From: Raillietiella orientalis
Lineage: Eukaryota
DNA: 64,000 nt
NCBI GenBank assembly: GCA_036172245.1
Contig: JAYWIR010000029.1
Location: 2,852,001-2,916,000, forward strand
Reading direction: 5' to 3'
Shown here: in pieces, positions 36,401 to 49,700 of the stretch
Numbering within the stretch: the stretch's first letter is position 1
How the letters are laid out: the number at the start of each line of letters is the position of its first letter
Program-made: the position numbers and the translations under genes
The notes under the pieces: generated by a model
Seen by the model: only the letters and a program-made list of their open reading frames with translations
What the model was told of the DNA's origin: nothing
Databases searched by the model: none

Positions 36401-38918
36401 GTATAAAACTTTTTTGTATCTCACCCCGGTCTGAGAATCGTGGTCTGAGAATCGAACTGAGATCCTTTTGACTTTTTTGAATAGCACTTGTAAAACACGT
36501 GTTTCAGTGAATCACATTTTCGTACGTGTTCCACAGTGCATCAGTGTACGATTCCAAAAGAGCCGTTTCCTTCGTCAAAAGCAGTGAGCTCTCTGTGTCA
36601 ACTTTCTGCAGCCTTTCTGCAGCCTTCAGTTTGCGAAGAGCTTGTGGCGAGGAGGCTCAAGACCTTACAAACGGAAGGAAGGAAACCAGAGAAAAGAAAT
36701 GAACCTAATCTGCTTGAATGCCTCGTGTCCGTAGTATTACGAAACATGAAATACAAGTTGTAAGTAAATACAAACTCGGGATCATAGGTCTTCATACTGT
36801 CCTTTTATATTTCCAAATAAATTAGGTGTCCTTGTGTTTAGACTCGATGATAGGTCAAGAAGTAACTTTCTGTGATATCCCTCTCAATTATGTATATGGA
36901 ATGCAATATTTCTTCTCGGCTATGAATTATATTTTTTACTTACTCAAATGCTGCAGAACAGTGATTGAATGTGTAATGTTGATGATATGAGCCCACAATT
37001 AGCTTTTTTTTTTTTTTTTGGCTTGTTTGCTCGTCCCCACTTTTTAATGTTCCCTCCACTTTGCATCCTTGAGGGCATATGAGCTCCATAGAGACAGAGA
37101 TGCTCCTCACGAACGAGAATGCGTACGTACGTTCGCATAATGAGGACTCGACCATTTCTCTTTCGAGATCTGTGTTTTTGACATGCGCGTGCACTAGCAT
37201 TTCTTTTTGGGTGAGATCAAACGATTGGCTTGTGATCATGTGAAGATGACTTCCGAAAGGGAAGGCAACAGTTTCGAATGTTTTTAGAGGCAAACGCCGT
37301 GGTTTTTGGCAGAGGCGAAGTCCAGTACGCCCATAGCTTGTGTGCTCACTTCATCGTAAACGTAGAAACCCATCAGCAGGAAGCACATTTCGTTGCACCA
37401 TCCAGATCACTGATTCTGATTACATGCACGAAACCATCAACTGTTGGTGTGTAGCAAAATGGATATAGCAGACCATGTGTACACATTTTCTTTGCATTAC
37501 TTATTGCCATGAGCTCATCACTGCTACTTCTTCATTGCTGACCAGAAGTGCCCTGATTTTTATGTGATTTCTAAGCAGGATCAATGGTGCTCAAAGCCTT
37601 TTATAGGAGATCCTCTTTAGGAATACGTGTGTTACGCGACCCTTCCACCACCATTTTCAAATCAGCCTGGAAATTCTCTCCTCCGGCTTTCAAAAATTGC
37701 TGTCTCGTTTGCTCACACCGCATATTCATGTGTACGATGCAGACAGCTGAAACCATCAACAGTACGACAGAATCATTGGAATAAATTATCTGTTTGCTTT
37801 CAATGATTGACTAAACAAATGATTGAAGTTTCGGGATCATGGGAAACTTTACCCGAGACTGCTCATAGGATTGTGACCTCGCAAACAACTCCTAAGACTC
37901 TTCCTGGAAACCTGAGAGAGAGACCAAAGGTGATAGAGTCTCAGTCTTCTAATAAGGCATTCAACACATAAGGACATGGATTCGAAACCAATCCTCCTCC
38001 TGCAATTTCTTGAAATGAACAGAAGCTATTTTACGGCCGAGAACCTGTTCTTCCATTTCGTTCTTGGTGTAAAGAACACTTCTCGTTTCGCTGCAATCCC
38101 GAACTTTGCCTATCGAATAAGCTGCACTTTGTTCGAAGGTTTCGATGTATTCGTGTTTCTCAAGACAAATAAAAAGCCTGGAGATATCGTTGAGATCTTG
38201 GAGTTGGAAACATTTTGATCTTCTCTTGTTCCGAAGTTTTGCTTCTTCTGGTAAGAAGTACTTTCTCGAGCATACTGTTGGTCGTTCAAGTTTTGTCCAA
38301 ATCCGCTCTGGGGATTTGATTTTTTTTTCTCCCCTTCATTCGGCACTTCGTGAATTGCTTGCATTTTTCTTTAGGGTTTTTCCACCCTGTGCGCCTTGCT
38401 GTCATACTTAATGTGAGGCTCTTTGCAGGTCTGCGCGTGGTTTATGATTTGAAGAAGTCTGGATCTCCTATAACGGAGCTGAAGGTAGAATGTCTGACGT
38501 GCCTCCACCGTGAATTTGAGGAATTCCAAGAATCATCTATTTATAATCTTCTAACCATTAAATTCTTAACGAGCGGAGGAGATGGCTTCAAGATGTTCAA
38601 AAATGGAAACATAACTGCAACAGGTATTCCTTTTAAAAAAGGAAAGAAAGTAAAAAAAAAAAGAAAAGAGAGAATCTGCATGATTTGCATGAATCTTGGA
38701 AATGGATGAATGAATCTTGAAAGCGAATGAATCTTCGAATTTCAGGAAAGTTTACCCACGATGTATTCAAAACTTATCTTGAATCCCACGGGCCTATTAC
38801 TGCGCAAGTAGAAGGCCGCATAAAATTTGCAAATGGCGCCACGAAAATCACCTCTCTGTTGTTCCCCATAACCCCTTTGGCTGTCTTTTATCATCTGAGA
38901 CACAAAACTCAGAACTGA
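15495..38918 (+). CDS. Ecto-5'-nucleotidase/apyrase family protein (CD73-like), ~558 aa, signal peptide and GPI-like tail; 8 exons
   Basis: Exons 15495-15815, 16391-16588, 21823-22024, 33973-34170, 34215-34445, 34495-34653, 38429-38623 and 38746-38918; all introns are GT-AG and phase-consistent (1677 nt). Motifs: [79 protein letters not shown]. Both termini are hydrophobic. In-frame upstream ATGs at 15423/15444 are less likely starts. Confidence 0.92.
19232..19606 (+). pseudogene. H2B: Histone H2B pseudogene (orphon) nested in intron 2 of the nucleotidase gene
   Basis: Full-length H2B frame [10 protein letters not shown]...[21 protein letters not shown]...[35 protein letters not shown]. It has an in-frame TAG at 19511-19513 (normally Gln) and many substitutions at near-invariant positions. 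No intact histone stem-loop was seen downstream. Confidence 0.92.
20087..20730 (+). mobile_element. LTR-like dispersed repeat, copy E
   Basis: Starts TGATGCCCGC, then GAGGCCGTGTG...GCGTCGCGGGTTCGAA, CCGCAAGATGACACTGATT and CCTCTCCAGAGAGTGCAGAGAAG. It is the most diverged copy. Confidence 0.65.
23250..23425. repeat. AT-rich low-complexity tract (TA/ACACAT motifs)
   Basis: Directly visible: runs of TATATA, ACACAT and TTAATA with almost no G/C. Confidence 0.7.
24900..25300 (+). mobile_element. Possible Tc1/mariner transposase relic
   Basis: [30 protein letters not shown] resembles the W.....FI....WPPSSPDLNP motif. Heavily decayed. Confidence 0.3.
27560..27890 (-). mobile_element. Possible Tc1/mariner transposase relic
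   Basis: [15 protein letters not shown]...[22 protein letters not shown] resembles DGAP.H....V...L...WPPRSPDL.P.DF.LWG. Decayed. Confidence 0.3.
32608..33044. repeat. Cluster of four perfect palindromes/hairpins
   Basis: 32608-32640 (16-bp arms, 1-nt spacer), 32648-32688 (20-bp arms, 1-nt spacer), 32946-32987 (19-bp arms, 4-nt loop) and 33027-33044 (18-bp perfect palindrome). Each was verified by reverse complementing. Confidence 0.95.
35752..36819. mobile_element. Non-autonomous DNA transposon/MITE-like element with ~47-bp inverted repeats
   Basis: 35752-35798 and 36772-36819 are inverted copies with a perfect 23-bp core AAAGGACAGTATGAAGACCTATG (35765-35787 / 36783-36805). No coding capacity was recognised inside. 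Confidence 0.6.
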
Positions 38919-39061
38919 AAAAAGAATGGACCGAACCTCAACTGCGCATTCCTACGTGTTTGTGTGTTTGTGCACTGTGACGAACCTGTTTCACAAGTTT
39001 CACCGAGACATCTGGCAGTTCCGAATAATTTTCCCTATTTGGAGAAATGAGTCTCAGACAA

Positions 39062-39067
39062 AATAAA
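39062..39067 (+). promoter_or_regulatory. Polyadenylation signal of the nucleotidase gene
   Basis: AATAAA 144 nt after the stop codon, followed by GT/T-rich sequence. Confidence 0.55.
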
Positions 39068-39405
39068 GTCTACTGTTGTCGGGCTTTCTTATTTCTCAGG
39101 AATCTCCTCACGTTTTCCTAAACTGGAAATTTCATTCATAGAAATGGCCTGTGATCATGGGTCTTATTACCGAAGTAGGGAAGCAGGTAGCATGCTACCT
39201 GTAAACTCTAGATTCCCTAAGCTCTGATGGAAATTCGTCGCCCAAAACGCAACTTGATCTCAGATGGAGGGAAATTCCCCCTTGTGTTTCTTCACCGACA
39301 AAAAGAAATAGGTGGCGCCTTTTTATTCCCCACCATCACTCCACACTCGGTGCATTCGGTAATACTAGGATTCAGGAGACGCCGGCTGTACAACGACAAT
39401 CTTTC

Positions 39406-39747
39406 GTGCCTTCCGCTTCAGGTGATCCACCAATTTGCTTTCCATCAGATGAAAGTGTTGGCACAGTTTTCACAGGAAAGGGTTACCATGATTCGCATAT
39501 TAATTTTGGAACCATTTCTGGAATGGTCTTCAAAAATAATGAAGGTACTCTCAACAAACGTGATCTCCTTTGGACAGAAGAACCACGGTTAGAGGAACAT
39601 CATGTTTCCCAACACTGTAAACCATGGACCACCAGAAATTGTCAAATGCAAAAGGCGCTAAACAGCTTGGAAATTCATAGATTTCCCGCCACTGTTAAAA
39701 AAAACTGCTTGTATATTCGAACCACTGCAAACAGATCCGTGCGATAG
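39406..39747 (+). mobile_element. Possible Tc1/mariner transposase relic
   Basis: CFPSDES...GTLNKRDLLWTEEPR..HHVSQH resembles FSDE..F...G.VN.QN.R.W..ENP....H. Weak. Confidence 0.25.
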
Positions 39748-42700
39748 ATGAGAGCTCTCTTTTGGAAAGATGCAAGCTCCTTATTCATGTTCTTTTTTTT
39801 TCTTTTTTCCATGCTTATTGATTCCAGGCGATGACATCCCACAATTGGATGCAGGTGGACTGAATGGAACCGACCTGCAGTCAAGGTCGGATGCGTTACC
39901 TTAAACTGCCAGTAATTGACTGAGCATTCTGTTATCTACAAAGCACCCGGGGCTGTCGACCACTGACCGCAGATTGATAAGAGTACGAATGAATTTCAAA
40001 AGGTGAGACTCGGGATCACTGAAATGATCAGCAGGGAACTTGGCATAAACTGAAAACAAGAGAATAGATCTGAGCTGATTTTCCACAGATAACCCGATCG
40101 CTGCACGCACTGATAGCTACATGCTATCTTTTTTCAAGATAAAGACCAGCTCCACATTACTGTGACGTGCCTATAGCTATAATATTTCTAAACAAATAAA
40201 GATGCATTTCATATGATGGAGTAAAAAACAATACCACAGAGATGTCGATTCGATTTCTACCCTCCGAACACGCTTTTGAACATTTGGGAAAAGATTCAAA
40301 GATTGGGATTTCTGGGAACACGGGCATTCCATAGGTACGCACAAGATCCCAACATTTTAAATATTATTTAAGGTTGGTGATGCTTCCTTGAGTTCTGTTC
40401 AAAGATTGTCGGGAGGATGGATACAGAAAATGAAATCACCTCTCCAAGAAGTCTCACTGAGCATAGTCCTACTCAGTTACTCTCGGATTTCGCAGGATGC
40501 TGTGGAAATGGATCCCGCTTGTCGATCATTCAGCGAGAGCAAATCGAAACAGCAAAACTTCTCCGGTGGAAAGTTGGATTCCTACGTGCGGGACCTTGAT
40601 TAAAAATTTTTCTGTTTTCCATGAACTGAAGCGGTGGTCTCAAAAGCTTGACCTGCGAGCATTAGCAGCCTGACGCACTTTAAATTTCACTCCAGCATTT
40701 CCAAGATAACTTGGCTGATTCATAATTCTTTTCGGAGTGATTTCTTGAAACTTTTTTCCCTTCTCCTCAAGGAAAAAATGGCATTTACAAAAACCCTTAT
40801 TTTATGACTGCGAGTTCTAGCAAAAATATGTGGGCGAAAATCGTTCCAACGCGTCAACTAGTAAATAGAATCAAGAAGCCAGGACCTGGCTGGGAAAGAT
40901 GATATGCTTAATTTCACGGCATCATTCTTCAGTCACCGATTCATCTTACATAAACCAGATATCTCGGTGGTTATCGATAGAAATCGAACGTCTACTTGAA
41001 ACTCTAAGTTTCCTCACCTTCAGACTGGGGTCAAAAAAAAAAAAAATCACCTAGCAATTCAGTGACACGCTTAAATTCACTGCACTTTGAATGAGAGTTT
41101 CAATGTAGGGTAGCAACGTAATTCCCGATCAGGAACACTGCTTTGCTGCCGAAAATTACATTTCCTTCCCACTCCCTACGACCACAGTTTGCTCACTAGT
41201 CGGAATCCACTTGTTTTCATGGACCTGCTCTTACCGTTCAAAGCAAGCCACAGTTTTGCATGTGCAGGAAACGTTCTCTTACTTATTTCCTTGTATCGTT
41301 CCCCATCTTTTTTTTTCTTTCTTTCTTTCCTCCCTATCCCTTGACGCTACTCCTTAATTTTCAAGACTTTGTTTTTTTTACTTCTAAGAAATTTCGCAAC
41401 TCAAGTTGGTAATGGATCAACAGTAATAATGGCTGCTTGCACAATTGTAGAACATTAATTACAAGATTATTCGTGTAATTGTGGTATTATAGGGCATTAG
41501 CAATAAGAAGCAAGCACCACATGAGCAGATGTTCATTCTTCAGGTGTTCATTTTTTATGTTCCTCAAAAAGTGCGGTCATCAGTGGGAATGAAAAAAGAT
41601 CTGTGTGTTATGCATTTTATCTATTCGTATACTTGATAAAAAGGTGAGATCAAATCCCATTTTCTGTTAGGCTTCGGAAGACCATTTTACCCCCATCGAC
41701 ATTTAATTTATGTATCTGAGGAACCGGTCTTTGACTCTCCGGAACTGATCGTAGTAATAGTAATTACCCCACCTCTGTGGGATTGGGGAGGATCGTAGTA
41801 ATGCAGTTTCACTCTTAACGAAAGCTGATCTCTTGGAATGATTTTTAAGGCTGTTCGTTTAGGTTACAAAATTCGAAGAACATTCCCCCCAAATAGCTTA
41901 GGATAAGCTTGGAATGTGTACTATTGAGAACAAATTCTCGCGTTCGTTATGTCTTCGGCACTTTCGCGGTTTGCATATACCCCCTCGTTCCCTTTCCATG
42001 ATGTGCAAAAATTCTGTAGTAAATTGATATAAACACATATCCATATTAACAGCGAGGGCATCCTTAATGACTTTCGACATTGTGAATTCAGGTGGGCAGG
42101 TACAATATTTACCAAATAAGCATTTTGCCAGAGAAAAAAAAAATGGGATGTTTTAACTCGAGAGTCTAAAAAAGGAAAAAAGTTCTGATTTTGCCATTAT
42201 GTATGCAAACATATATACACGCAAACTGTTGCTTATGCTGACTTGAGAATAATCCTAAGATCCTAAGATAAAGTTGAGATTACACTGCTTTTTATACTGT
42301 TGCAAATCACGGACGCTGAGCGGCTTCGAGATCCAGGCTTCTCGGCCTTTTGGATGAGATCAAAGTGTCAGAAGGTTCTGCGGTGCAGGCATAGAAGAAC
42401 TGCGATTGTATCCTTATGTATTATCGTCTCCCTCATTCTCTGATGGAACAAATAAAACTCGAAAGCCACACTCTGCGCGTTTTCAGTTTGCAGGTTATCT
42501 TGACTTGAACCTTAGATTACGAAAATTGAATTTTTCTCTCTCTCCCTCTCGTCATGAATATGGGAGATACGCGATGTTATTAAACCTATGTAAATCGGGA
42601 TTTTATGTACCGCATTATATCACACCAGATAAGTAGAATGTCTTATCTATAAACAAACCCAAAGGTGGCAAACTTTAATTACTCTCTTTATTAACCTGAA

Positions 42701-44417
42701 CTTTCAAAGTTGGTAAGAATGCAGGTTCCAAACTTATTTAATTTAATTCTGCTGAAAGGACAGCTAGGAACTATTATTATAAGTTGATATTTATCCTCCA
42801 TGATTCATTTATTTTCCACAGGAAACCGTAGGATTCCTGCGAACTGAACAGAACCAAATTGAGAAAGCGCGGGGAGGAGGGGGGAAGTCTATCAATTGGT
42901 CTCTTCTTAAAGAGAGCAACAAGTGTTACGATAAACATTACGTCAAAAAAGGAACTTGGTAGTTTTTACCTGATGCGCAATCTCAACCAACAGTTTTGCC
43001 ATTAATGCATTTTTTTTTTGTGTTTATGTGTCCCTCATTCATCAAGTTGGCACAATTGACATTATTTCATAAAGAATTACGAGCACGTGTTGCGGTATCT
43101 CACAAACCCTTACGCAATCCTCTAGGACTTCTGGGACTTCTGGGACTATGGAGAAAATTGAAGTACTGTTCCAAAATGCTGTATAAATTCTTTCTGATGA
43201 TAATTTCTGTTGAACGAAAGGTAACCACATCGAAGAGTTTCTAGTTTCTTGGCATACACACCTGTACCCGTAGCTCTTTCAGATGAATGTGATTTGAGAA
43301 CAACAGTGAAGTTCTTCTTCCCCGGAAAATATACCATAACTCAGAGAGTCGTAAATCTCAAAGAATGGAAAATTCCAATCTTGACAAAATAAATTAGATG
43401 CTGCTTACGAGAAAAAAGCCTATCCAATAAATTACAGAGAAAAGAAAAAAGCCTATTTGAACAGGAAAGAAAAATGTTAAAGGAAAATACTAAATGTCCT
43501 GCATTGATTTGTCTGTATTGAATGAAATTATTCTCAAATTTTATGCATCACATTTTCTGTGTTTCCATGTGGGTGTGATTTTGCCAATGTGCAATCATTT
43601 GTTTTAAGGACTTTCCGATGTTTTCGTGAATGACGAAATGGGAAAAAACTGGAGTTTATGAAATGTACTCTGTAATATCAGATGAGAAGTCTGTGTTGGC
43701 ATCCATTATTTTTCTATCTCGTAGGTATGAGTTGAACATACACACAAAGCAGACGTAAAATGAATCCAATTTAAATGAAATCCTAGATCATTTACATCAA
43801 GATAAGAGCAAACTTCCTATAGCTACCATCTATCCTCATCATTTCAAATTCCGAATGCTCATTGCATACATTTATGGCCACAATTGAAGGTTCTGCATTT
43901 AAGCATGGAAAGTTGTGTGTAAATTTGTGTTAGACGTCTTTCTCAAAATGGGCAATATTAAGACCGACTTGAAATTCATCTCCAAGCACCTATAAAATTA
44001 GTCACAACATAAAGATATTATCGGCACCTGCTCATTACATAAACTATGAATAGGTACCTATTCTTCTGGAAATACTAATTTACAAAAAGTGCAATCAAAC
44101 TATTCATCATAATTTAAAGGTTCTCAAGTGAATCAGAGTTACCATACTTCGACATCTTGACTTCAATTTTGATCCGTTTTCACATTTTCTTAATTTGATG
44201 CATTCAGAATTCTAAGGAAAACATCAAAGTTACCTTGAGGATGATTTTAATTTACAATTGGATAAATATTGCTTTATGTTTTGACCATGATTTCAAATCT
44301 TGATTTTTCCTAATCGAACTTAATCACACAAACTTCTGGCGAAGCAAGGAGGTGGAACCCAGTACAAGTGTCAAGTTAAATTGATGCCTAAGTGTGTAGA
44401 CCTTTCTGTTTGTATTC

Positions 44418-46762
44418 ATGGATGATTACAAATGTGCTGATGGCAAGTCGGTGTATTATAGCTTTAATGATTCGTTGACTTCCACGATGAATAAGACGGT
44501 AAAAATTTTGTTGGGGAAGGGGGGAGGGGGGAGGGTAAAGTGACGTAATGAATTTATTTGAGTATGTTTCTTTTTTTTCTTTAAAAAAAAAGTATGAAGG
44601 TAACCTGGAAACAAATCTTTGATCCTTCCGAGCCCTTTCCTTGTCCACCGTGTTTTTCATCCTCAAACTTGTTTTCGTTTATTTTGTTCTCTTTAGTGTT
44701 TGGCAAATTGCGGTGAAGTGCAAAGTGCAGCTGACTTATGCACCTCCATGAGTAAAAACTCTTTAAACCCAGAAGACAGAATAACAAAAGAAAATACACT
44801 GGTAAGCATACAAACCTTGAATAAAGCAATACAAATACAATTGTTAGAGTTTACAGTCCAAGGTTTGTAATCATGGACTTGAAAGTTTGTGTTGTTGTGA
44901 TTTAAACCTATTGCATATTTTTAATGTAGTACATCTTTACTGTTCATGTAAGAGAAAATTAAATACTTATGTTAATTAGAATGAAGTTCCTCTTGATGAT
45001 GATGAACATATAATGTACAATCCAGAAACTGTGAATGCCAAAAATACAAGTCATTTTGAATCCAATCCAGTGAGTAAAAGTATTATTTGTTTTGATCATT
45101 CCACCTTAGTTGTTAGGCGTAATTACAAAAGTTTAAATAAATATATTTTAGGATCAATCTAACAACCTTCCATCAGCCAGCTTTTTAACTACAAATGATG
45201 CTGTACCTTCTAAACCATCTATAATGAATCATGAAACAGAAGTACTTACTGTGAAGTTGACTTTAATGTCATCACTTATATCTTTATGTTGTAGACTATT
45301 CAGTCAGCAGTGAAGGAAATTTTCCAGATTTGTGTTACAGATCCTCAGAAAGTAGGGGATGGTATAGGATCATACATCATTTACAAAGTACTTACCAATA
45401 CGAATTTGCCGTTCTTTCCTAAGAAAAACTATGTGGTATTGCGCCGTTTTAGCGATTTTCTTGGCCTGCATGAAAAGCTGACAGAAAAATTCCTTCATGT
45501 GGGACGAATCATTCCTCCAGCTCCAGAAAAGAACATACTTGGTATAAACATACATGTAAACTCAAACCTTACTTGATATTCACCAGGCACAACTAAAGTA
45601 AAAATGAGCAACCTGGATATTTCTGCTTCAACAGATTTTTTAGAACGTCGGCGTAGTTCACTGGAGCGTTATTTGAGACGTATTGCTCAACATCCTATTC
45701 TCCGAGTGGACCCCAGTTTTCGCGAATTTTTGGAAATAGGTTGGTATAATTGACTTTACATTTAATTGGAACTTGTTACAGAAGGAGAATTGCCTCGTGC
45801 ATCTAATACCTCAGCCTTGAGTGGTGCTGGTGTTCTTCGATTATTCAATCGTGTGGGTGAGACAGTCAATAAAATGACTTTTCGCATGGAAGAGAGTGAT
45901 TTAGTAAGTGATCTTTGAGCAGACACATTACTTCACATTCTTCCTAGTGGTTTGAAGAAAAAAGTCAACAGCTGGAGAATCTTGAGAACCAGTTGAATAA
46001 ATTGCATGCAAGTGTTGAAGCACTAGCCACTTACCGCCGTGAGCTGGCTGCTGCTACAGCAGCATTTGCTACAAGCACAGCTGTGTTAAGCAGCTGTGAA
46101 GAGCATAGTAGTTTGTCTCGTGCTCTAACTAAATTGGCTGAAACAGAAGAGAGGGTAAGCTCTGCTTTGCTGACCGTTCATCTTATATGTTATAGATGGA
46201 GAATATTTATGCCCAGCAGAGCAACAAGGACGTTTTCTTATTAGCGGAAATATTGAAAGATTACATTGGACTTGTAGGTGCTGTCAAGGTAAAGTGTTGA
46301 TAATAAAACTGCAAGTCAAGTAACTGACAGTAGGATGTCTTTCATGAGAGAATGAAAGCATATCAAACTAGCCAGCATGCCAAACAAATGTTGAATAAAA
46401 AATTGGAGAATAAGACCAAATTAAAGCTGGCAGGGCGCAATGACAAAATGCAGCAGGCATGTGAGGAAGTGGCTGAGGTTAGAGGGATTGTTTATCATGT
46501 GACTAAGCATAAATAGTGGGAAGTACGTGTAGAGCGCAGCCAGGAAGCATTTGAAGCAATAAGTAAAGTAATTAAGGAAGAAATGGAAGTGTTTGACAAA
46601 GACCGCTTACAGGATATGCAAAACACTATGGTGCAGTATGTACAGGGATTGATTGAGTCCCAAGAAGAGGTAAGTAGTATTGGTGTAACAGTCACTCTCA
46701 TACCTCGTCAGATCATCAAAGCATGGAACGATTTTCTGCCCCATGCTCAGGCAATTGCTTAA
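44418..46762 (+). CDS. SNX1/2: Sorting nexin 1/2 (PX + BAR domain retromer component), ~467 aa
   Basis: Exons 44980-45069, 45152-45241, 45295-45541, 45587-45739, 45782-45903, 45948-46154, 46196-46288, 46334-46477, 46517-46669 and 46712-46762 are phase-consistent. Motifs: VTDPQKVGDG, RRFSDFLGLHEKL, IIPPAPEK, ALSGAGVLRLF, WFEEK, WNDFLPHAQAIA*. The first exons 44418-44442 (GC donor) and 44773-44801 are tentative. Confidence 0.93.
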
Positions 46763-49700
46763 TTTTTTTGGATTGTCTAATCCAGAACATTCCGGTGGCA
46801 GTGTCCACATTTTACATCCCAAAGTGTATTTCTTCAACTGCTGTGATTTGAAATGGATTATATGGATTTTGCTCAGTGGATATCATGTAAATAATACATT
46901 TATTATGCATCAAAAATCTACACATGACAAAACAATCACAGAAATTAGTAGAAGGGGATAACACTGTTGGTGATTGAACATTCAAATGAACTTGCAACAC
47001 TGATTACGTTCTGAAGATTAATGTTCATGATCGTTTCAAGTAGAGATTAGCGATTTTTTATGTAAGCTTTTAAGTGTTGCAAAGGTGATAGAAAAACATA
47101 ATACAGCATGCTTTGAATCCTGGGAAATTTATGCAGACACATAGAGAAGTACTCATTTAAGCAAATAAGCAAAAGGTCTTGGATACGCATAAAAGTAGTA
47201 TGCAACCGTAAAATCATTGTAGTATCAAAAGACACCATTAATTAATCCACAACTATAATGCGGATGTTAACAATTGACCTTAAGGTTAAAATCGCATCAT
47301 GCAATTTTGTGTAAGGATTCTCTATTCTGCGTCATTACCAGCATGTTTCTGTACCACCTGTTAATCCCTTCAAAGCAGAAACAATGCGCAGAGACTTAAT
47401 AAATGTACAGAAATCGCTAAGCACGATGTTCCGTACCAACCACGAGAAAGTGTTTGAAAATAATGAACTTTTAACCCAGTGTTTTGGGGAAATCGGCGAT
47501 CAGGTGTGCATCATGAAACTTTGGTGAATGTTACATGTTGAATGTGTTTGAAATGATACGCGTGAAAAAGCCGATGGAATCAAGTTCAAATTCCAGAGGA
47601 TCAGGGCCGATTCGGATGAAGGTCCAAAAACTAGATGCACAGCTGTGATGCGGTTCGATTCCCAGAACAGTCGCTTAAACACAGAGGTTCCCATGCCAGT
47701 CAGCCTCCTGCCACACCTCCTATCTCTGCGTGCACGAATCCCCTCGGTTTCAGATCTCATCTTCTGTGCTTGCACCTGCCTGCTACTTCATGATTTCGTC
47801 TCGGCACCTGCCAAGCTTCAGATTTGGGCTGTGTCCCCCACCAAACTGACTGCAGAGCTTCTACAAGTTCAAAACATGTAGATGTCTCGATTAATGATTG
47901 AAAGCATGGGCAATCTGTTCAGGATGTGTATTTTATTGCAGTGGACGGAATGCGAAGCGGCTGAACCATATCTGCAAAATTGGCATTCGTAATATTGCAC
48001 CGTTAAGGTCGTTCCATTGCGTTACATCGGGAAAATTTCAGCTGCGCTTATCTTCAGAATACAATAAATATTTTTGAAAGGTGATTTTGAGCATTTTCAC
48101 CTCCGAAACAAATACATGGAATTTATCGCCTCAGCTGCAGAATATTGTCCCTCGAAATCATGCCTAGAATGTAACTTTTCCTTGCTTTGGAATGTCGAAG
48201 AATTTCTAGTGCAGTGAATTCCAAATCCTGAAGAATACATGAAGATGAGGAGCAAATGATCTTACGATTTAAGATTAAAATCTTAAACTGCATTAGAAAG
48301 GCAAGTGGTGAAACAAGTTTGAATGCAGTGACCTGAGATGATTTAATGTGTTTAACCAGCCAAGTTGACGTGTGTTTGGCAGGATGGAGGGTGATTTACC
48401 ACTACCATTATCATCGAAAAAAAACCAATTTAATGAATTGTGTGGATATTGTGTATCACCAATATGCCCCTCTATATGCTGAATTTTCAGGAGATTGTGG
48501 TCAAATGCTATCACGGCTTGTGGGGTCGGCTTTATCTGCAGATTTTAGAAAGTTTTCAGTAATCGAAGTTCTTTTCTCTCAAAATTCTCAAAATCACAGA
48601 CCGTATATTCTACTTGGGATTCAGTCTACTTCAGATTGGAGAGTATGTTTTTTTCTTCTTTTTTTCTTGGTGTTAATTCTCAAATATATATATAAAAATC
48701 TTGGTCCAAATGATTATTTATTCTAAAACTTGGAACTAATGGGAATCGTGTTCACTGAACTATTCGACAATCCAAGTTTTATCCTTGGTTATGCTTTTCA
48801 CTTTTCATATTAAAATCTGTCTCGGAAACAGCAATGTTTATTTGCTGACCTCTGTGAAACCCAATGTATTAAAAAGGAAATTCTCTGCATCGGTGCTTAT
48901 AAAAAATGCGGTTAGATATGCTCTTCCAGTATCATGAAATGAATTCGTGCTTCATCAAGAGATACCTCGTTCCTACTTGAATCAAAAAGTATGCAAGTGA
49001 AGTTTCTTGCAAATTTATAAACATTCGTGAATGCTCCTCGTCATTTCCACGATTCTCCTCTTTGTCTTTTCTCTGAAACATTGATTTCCCTAGATTTATA
49101 TAATTGCTCACATACAGCCGAAACTGATCGATAAGGTACTTAGTGTCCCGTTTCATTTGCCTATGCCTTTTTGGATTTCATTTCAATGATTATCGATTGA
49201 AAAACAGAACCGATCTTCTTGGCAAATAAAGGTGATCGAATGATGGGATAGCCTCAAGTGCATATTCGTACAATGGATCGGCATTGAATGACTGAAATGA
49301 ATCATAGAAAGTTAAACTTTGAATTAAAGGTCATCGCTCAGAAGGTGCTTTAATTCAAATAAGTAGCACATCCATGATAACATCGATTAATATAAGTTTG
49401 TAGCTAGCAGTTTGGAGTGAAGAATAAATGGCAATAAAAGTGAATTTCTGATCCTCTTCTTGGGCGAGACTTGCGTAAGCAGTCCACAGTCAACTTCTAA
49501 TTTTCCCTTGTCATCAAAGCTGTTTTTGCTTTTGGAAATATTGGCACTTCTTGATGGTTGATTGCATTTATGCTGCTCTAACACGGATTTTGGGTTGGCC
49601 GTACGGTGCCATTCCAAATAAGGGGTTTACTTTAACTAAATCAAATTGCAATGCTTGCATGGTATTAGATTCAAGCATTTAAGAAGAAGACTTGCAGAGA

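Noticed and set aside
48930..49620. Possible small minus-strand spliced gene (…DQFRL|EKTKRRIVEMTRSIHECL*)
   Set aside because: Only one plausible intron; upstream frames are blocked by stops and there is no recognisable homology.
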